A DNA stretch of 27,010 bases from a virus (Duplodnaviria > Caudoviricetes): positions 1 to 27,010 of IMG/VR virus record IMGVR_UViG_3300025082_000056; one strand, written 5' to 3'. Positions 23,117 through 27,010 of this stretch are shown here, piece after piece (positions within the stretch are counted from its first letter, which is position 1; the number at the start of each line of letters is the position of its first letter). The translations under genes were made by a program, and so were the position numbers. The notes under the pieces were generated by a model. That model worked only from the letters and a program-made list of their open reading frames with translations. It was not told where the DNA came from and searched no databases.

Positions 23117-24035
23117 GGTAAGCTCCCAGTAAAAATCGTTTCCAAAACATTCCTATAACATTCCAATCATAGAATTTTTTATAATATGCTTTTTGAAAAT
23201 CTAATATATCATTAATATCATTCTTAAACATGGAATGAACCCCTCGAATACCTGCCGTAAATCTTTCGCTTAAAGCTTTATAGTCGGAAGTATAAGGAAC
23301 ATAGATAGGAAATTCTCCACATGTTTCAGGAATAGCGCCGAGGTCCGTGGTCAATAAGACTAGACCCGCTGCTAGTGATTCCATAGCAGAAATACAAAAC
23401 GTTTCTTCCCATATAGAAGGATAAACATTTGCATCATACTCATGAAGTTTGGCTAATAAATCTTTATGCTTACAATAACCCATGTAATTAACATTAGGAA
23501 GGGCTTTACATTTGTCGTATAAAGGCTGATAAAGTTTATCATTAGCTTCTTTAAAAGCATCTCCATAAATTTGAGTACTGGAATAAACATCTAAAGTAAT
23601 ATTTTTATCCTCTTTTAATTGTTCCATCGAATTAAGAAGAACTTCTAGTCCTCGCCATGGAGTAGAGAAATAAACTAATTTAATTTTATCCTTCTTTTCC
23701 TGCTTTTTCTTGATGACAAGCTCATCATAATCAATACCATTTTTAATAACTAGACAATTAGGAGACTCTAATTTGAACATATATCTAAATTTTTCATAAT
23801 TCCAATGGGAATTAAATACATACCAATCATATTTTGTGTGGTTTTTAGGATTAGAAAACCAAGGAGCAATGTTAGGTTGATCAAAAGAATTTTTAAGCCA
23901 TAGAATATTAGATCGAACAGGATGAAGAGGTTCTTTTTCTGGAACCGAAGTGGTAATTTGTACGGAATCCCAATGATTGGAACAATATTTTTTTAGATAA
24001 TCTAATTGAATTTCGGTTCCACCGTAGGGCTGCAT
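23076..24035 (-). CDS. GT-B fold (GT4-like) glycosyltransferase
   Basis: N-terminal GGTE, IKNGID, STPWRGL, and EX7E motif YPSIWEETFCISAMESLAAG. Confidence 0.9.
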   Translation of the reverse strand: MQPYGGTEIQLDYLKKYCSNHWDSVQITTSVPEKEPLHPVRSNILWLKNSFDQPNIAPWFSNPKNHTKYDWYVFNSHWNYEKFRYMFKLESPNCLVIKNGIDYDELVIKKKQEKKDKIKLVYFSTPWRGLEVLLNSMEQLKEDKNITLDVYSSTQIYGDAFKEANDKLYQPLYDKCKALPNVNYMGYCKHKDLLAKLHEYDANVYPSIWEETFCISAMESLAAGLVLLTTDLGAIPETCGEFPIYVPYTSDYKALSERFTAGIRGVHSMFKNDINDILDFQKAYYKKFYDWNVIGMFWKRFLLGAYREKRTTIKKRNEI

Positions 24036-24229
24036 TAATTGGTTTTACCAAATACTTCCAAAGATGCAACTGTTATTTCAATGTCCTGCCTAAAATCATC
24101 AGAAGTAGTATCTGTACCAGGATTAGCTACATCAGCATCAAATTCTGCTTTATCAGCGTAAACCTTACCGGTTCTTTTATGCTTTACTATTTCTTTGACC
24201 TTTGCAGGTACTTTTATTGGGTCTGCCAT
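24035..24229 (-). CDS. Small hypothetical protein
   Basis: 64 aa; TAATG coupling at both ends. Confidence 0.8.
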   Translation of the reverse strand: MADPIKVPAKVKEIVKHKRTGKVYADKAEFDADVANPGTDTTSDDFRQDIEITVASLEVFGKTN

Positions 24230-24570
24230 TATGCCGTTCCTTGATCTCCTGTTAATAATGCGTAAGAGATCATTCCTTTTATTACACTACCAGTGCCTGC
24301 CTGTAATTTCAAGGCATCGCTTTCTTCCAATACTAAGGGCCCTTTAGCTAAATTTTGAGTAGTCATGGTACTTAATTTTATAGTACTAATTGCAGATGTA
24401 TTACCCACACTTGAATCATACATATGAGCCGTAACAGTTGTAGTGCCAGAACTTACATTTTGAGTTTGAATATTTTGTAAGATGGCTCTTGAGCTTACAC
24501 TTAAAGTTAGAACTGTAGTTTGAGCTGTGTCTGTTAAACTAAATCGTGCGTTTTTATATTGTATTGCCAT
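24229..24570 (-). CDS. Small beta-rich putative virion structural protein
   Basis: 113 aa, Ser/Thr-rich, PLVLEESDALK motif; TAATG coupling. Confidence 0.75.
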   Translation of the reverse strand: MAIQYKNARFSLTDTAQTTVLTLSVSSRAILQNIQTQNVSSGTTTVTAHMYDSSVGNTSAISTIKLSTMTTQNLAKGPLVLEESDALKLQAGTGSVIKGMISYALLTGDQGTA

Positions 24571-24698
24571 TATCTACCTTGTCCTCGATATTTCTTATAC
24601 GTAGCGCGTTTGTTGAGGCGTTTCTTGTGCTTCTTAATTTTTTTTCTACTTTTTTTAACATAAGTACTAACTCCGTACAAACCTTTTTTCTTAGCCAT
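24570..24698 (-). CDS. Very basic 42-aa peptide; not in ORF track
   Basis: MAKKKGLYGVSTYVKKSRKKIKKHKKRLNKRATYKKYRGQGR; stop overlaps the next ATG (TAATG). Confidence 0.8.
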   Translation of the reverse strand: MAKKKGLYGVSTYVKKSRKKIKKHKKRLNKRATYKKYRGQGR

Positions 24699-24864
24699 AA
24701 GTTATATTAAACCATTGAAACGCTTGGGAATCATTTTCAATTGTTCTTTGATATGATGTATTAAGCTGTGTTTTAAGTTCTTCCATTTTAAATTTAATTT
24801 GTCTTTGATTAGATGGATCATAATCCTCTGTAGGTTCTTGAAACTGTACAGTTACTTTAGCCAT
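24691..24864 (-). CDS. Small hypothetical (tail-associated) protein, 57 aa; not in ORF track
   Basis: MAKVTVQFQEPTEDYDPSNQRQIKFKMEELKTQLNTSYQRTIENDSQAFQWFNITYG; GGGAG SD; TAATG overlap with the upstream gene. Confidence 0.8.
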   Translation of the reverse strand: MAKVTVQFQEPTEDYDPSNQRQIKFKMEELKTQLNTSYQRTIENDSQAFQWFNITYG

Positions 24865-26786
24865 TATCTTCTCCCGTCTGGTTGTATATCGGCTCTAAAA
24901 GTTCCAAATCTCCAAGTCTCATCCTTACCGTCGTTCTCTACTTTTAAATTAATTAATCTTGCTCTAGCTCTTAAGTCTACTTTAGTAGTAGCAGAAGTAA
25001 TAGAGACGGGACTTAATCCCGAAGCTGTTTCGCTGTCCGCTGGATAATCTTTAAGATTCATTGAAATTTTAGCGGTGCCAGTTAACGTTTTAAAATCAGG
25101 AATAAATCTTCTAATTTTCATTATATATTCTCCATCTCCATCTACATCTAAATCAAAATCGCCTGATTGTATATAGGCTGCAATAGCAGTAGAAGTACCT
25201 GTAGCAGTAACTGCATTATTTCCTGTTTCATGTTTATACATTTTTGTTATTCCTTCTGTGTTTCCATAAACTAATGGGGTATCAGAAGTATGAGTAGAAG
25301 ATAAATATTCTATAGCATACGGTTTAGGTTGCACATCAGAGTCTACCCATCCGGTTCTTGCTAAACTTCCTGTAGTCCATACTCCTCCTGGAACTGAGCC
25401 ACTTTCAGTAAAATTAAATGAAACATATCTATCTATTACTGAGCTACTTTCAGTAGGGTAAAACCAAGTAATTTCACTAAACAAGTTATTTACACCTGCT
25501 GCAACAACTTGACCCGAGGTATAGTTAAGGTCTTGAAAGACATAATCCTCCACATTACAAGTTAAATTTTTAACAGTACCATCAAACATAAAGAAACCAC
25601 CGGCATCCCCCATCCAAAATACTTTACCATCAGCAAACGCAACTGCATTATGCCCTATGACTCCACAGTTGGTACCTACTTGTCGGACAGAGAAAGTAAA
25701 AGGAGGTCCTACGAACTGCATTACATAAGCAGCTTTATCAGTTAAAACAAATACAAAGTCTCGTCCTTGAATAGCTGCTCTTATTTCTGAACCTGAAGAT
25801 AATCTCATCGTTCCAGCCGTGTTGGTAGATGTAGGAACCCAATCATTTCTATCTTCTTGGTCAGAAAATCTTATAAACATTTTGTCTTGAGTAGTTGCAG
25901 TTCCTATGGTTGTTTCAGTTCCAAATAAAATAACATGTCTATCTTTTTCTGATACAATCATAGTTTCTGATGCAGTAGGTGCGTTAGTTACCACCGTGGC
26001 TCGTGTAGCAACAGCAGTAGGAACGTCAACATTTTCTGGATCCCATTGAAAAGTTGCTCCTCCTCTAATGGTTGCTAAAAGTAATGCTCCAAAATTATCT
26101 AATTGCCATTGTCCGGGTTGTAAAATTACTTGTGTTGATGTTGAAGCATCCCCCCATCCTCCATTACCCCAGGAGCTTGTTCCCCACCCATAGCCATAAG
26201 TTTGAGTAGAACTTCCTATTCGATAATAAGGTTTAACCGTCATTGATCCACCAGCGCTTAATCCTGATCCTGTTTCTGTAGAAGGTAGTGTGATAGTAAC
26301 GGTTGTTCCAGTAGGTGTTGTAAGGACTTCAAATTTTTTATCTTCTAATTCACTTGCAGTAATACTTGTGCCTGATCCAGGCATCGTAACAGAATCAAGC
26401 AGAATAACCATACCATCTTCTAAATTATGAGCGCTTCCAAAATTTAAAGTAGCTGTAGCGGAACTTGTAGTTGTATCTATTGTTACGCCTGATTGATCTA
26501 AGGATGAATCCAAAGGAGTAATGTCATGAAATTCTCCCTCAAACCATACAGCTAAAATTTTATTAGTACCTACGGCGGTCCATCTATTTCCTTGTGTGTC
26601 AAACCAAGAAAAGAGTTTACGACCAGCGCCGGGAAGCGTGTTTGTTTGACTTTCTTCCCATCCCCCTATCTTTTCAGGTAAACCGTATCTGAATCTGGCA
26701 TAGTCCCCACCTATCCATCCTCCTTCAACTCCAGAAGGGGTTAGTTGTTTATTATAGCCAGGAATGAAATTTACTTTTCTAAGCAT
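24864..26786 (-). CDS. Tail tubular / DNA-stabilisation (nozzle-type, beta-propeller) virion protein
   Basis: Likely start MLRKVNFIPG at 26786 (640 aa); RFRYGLPEKIGGW, IRFSDQED, GPPFTF and C-terminal DIQPDGRR; beta-rich; position after the fibre gene. Confidence 0.75.
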   Translation of the reverse strand: MLRKVNFIPGYNKQLTPSGVEGGWIGGDYARFRYGLPEKIGGWEESQTNTLPGAGRKLFSWFDTQGNRWTAVGTNKILAVWFEGEFHDITPLDSSLDQSGVTIDTTTSSATATLNFGSAHNLEDGMVILLDSVTMPGSGTSITASELEDKKFEVLTTPTGTTVTITLPSTETGSGLSAGGSMTVKPYYRIGSSTQTYGYGWGTSSWGNGGWGDASTSTQVILQPGQWQLDNFGALLLATIRGGATFQWDPENVDVPTAVATRATVVTNAPTASETMIVSEKDRHVILFGTETTIGTATTQDKMFIRFSDQEDRNDWVPTSTNTAGTMRLSSGSEIRAAIQGRDFVFVLTDKAAYVMQFVGPPFTFSVRQVGTNCGVIGHNAVAFADGKVFWMGDAGGFFMFDGTVKNLTCNVEDYVFQDLNYTSGQVVAAGVNNLFSEITWFYPTESSSVIDRYVSFNFTESGSVPGGVWTTGSLARTGWVDSDVQPKPYAIEYLSSTHTSDTPLVYGNTEGITKMYKHETGNNAVTATGTSTAIAAYIQSGDFDLDVDGDGEYIMKIRRFIPDFKTLTGTAKISMNLKDYPADSETASGLSPVSITSATTKVDLRARARLINLKVENDGKDETWRFGTFRADIQPDGRR

Positions 26787-26792
26787 ATAACC

Positions 26793-26821
26793 ATTATAAT
26801 ATTTAGTTATTGACTTGTATA
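26793..26821 (-). promoter_or_regulatory. sigma70-like promoter, predicted leaderless transcript
   Basis: TATACA(26821-26816)-N17-TATAAT(26798-26793)-N6-ATG(26786); no SD. Confidence 0.6.
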
Positions 26822-26840
26822 GATTGCTTAAAGTGCATGG

Positions 26841-26868
26841 GGGATAGGTGATTGGTGGTGTACCTCCC
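26841..26868. other. GC-rich imperfect hairpin in an intergenic region
   Basis: GGG-AT-AGGTG [ATTGGTGGTG] TACCT-CCC; no clear U-tract. Confidence 0.45.
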
Positions 26869-26928
26869 ACACAGAATTAATTTTATGCTATTATTTAGGT
26901 AATGTAAAGCCCAGAAGCTGGTAACTTA

Positions 26929-27010
26929 TTACCTAGCATTACAAGGTACTCCGTTTGAATTTACGAATGGTGCTTCTGAGAAACACATGTAGATGTATGT
27001 TTTTCCATTT
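26929..27010 (-). CDS. C-terminus of a putative tail-fibre-type protein (partial); not in ORF track
   Basis: ...NGKTYIYMCFSEAPFVNSNGVPCNAR*, matching the YIYMAFAE.PF C-terminal motif recalled from marine phage tail proteins. Confidence 0.7.
   Translation of the reverse strand, partial: NGKTYIYMCFSEAPFVNSNGVPCNAR

Larger units (their letters stand above)
1..27010. mobile_element. Segment of a tailed dsDNA bacteriophage genome (podovirus-like, resembling low-GC marine pelagiphage-type phages)
   Basis: Phage-type PolA/primase/helicase/SSB module, tail and virion module, many small overlapping ORFs, no cellular housekeeping genes. Host and taxon are inferred from composition and gene content only. 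Confidence 0.93.

Noticed and set aside
15214-25047. + strand ORFs within the virion module (15214, 15484, 16288, 18124, 19308, 19697, 21984, 21989, 24799)
   Set aside because: Antisense to long structural genes; Pro/Ala-rich mirror images of Gly-rich sense codons.
26787-26870. 28-aa N-terminal extension of the 668-aa ORF in the track
   Set aside because: It overlaps a promoter and hairpin; the ATG at 26786 fits the promoter geometry and a more plausible N-terminus.
26896-27010. Diversity-generating retroelement target (tail-fibre end plus small hairpin)
   Set aside because: No reverse transcriptase or template repeat is seen in the window; cannot be excluded beyond the right edge.
1-27010. 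tRNA genes, alternative genetic code, or GATC/GANTC avoidance
   Set aside because: No cloverleaf is seen in the few intergenic gaps; genes are full length under the standard code using TAA, TAG and TGA stops; GATC and GANTC sites occur repeatedly by eye (no formal count done).

Overview
An AT-rich (roughly one-third GC by eye), gene-dense segment of a tailed dsDNA phage genome. No host genes, rRNA/tRNA, CRISPR array, integrase, terminase or capsid gene is visible in this window. Left to right: (1) 1-4411, many small hypothetical genes, with a divergent promoter junction at 3415-3450; (2) 4404-11899 (-), a replication operon read as conserved protein, SSB, AEP-type primase, UvrD-like SF1 helicase, DUF3310 protein, family A DNA polymerase (Leu762 type), free-standing LAGLIDADG endonuclease and ParB-like protein; (3) a divergently oriented SNF2 helicase (+) followed by a repeat- and palindrome-rich spacer; (4) 13659-27010 (-), a podovirus-like virion module: tail-fibre C-terminus, tail tubular/stabilisation protein, small structural proteins, two glycosyltransferases, putative ejection proteins, a GNAT-like protein and a PD-(D/E)XK nuclease. 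Gene content and composition resemble marine pelagiphage-like podoviruses; this is inference, not a database result. Nine short ORFs and one partial ORF missing from the supplied track were found by manual translation. The most notable signals are five sigma70-like promoters whose -35 box starts exactly 35 nt before an ATG (predicted leaderless mRNAs, with promoter-gene cassettes abutting the previous stop codon), a tandem pair of four-Cys paralogues, a 137-nt dual-coding overlap, a glycosyltransferase pair inside the tail operon, and a replisome with no ring helicase in view. No clearly new multi-gene system can be proven from sequence alone.
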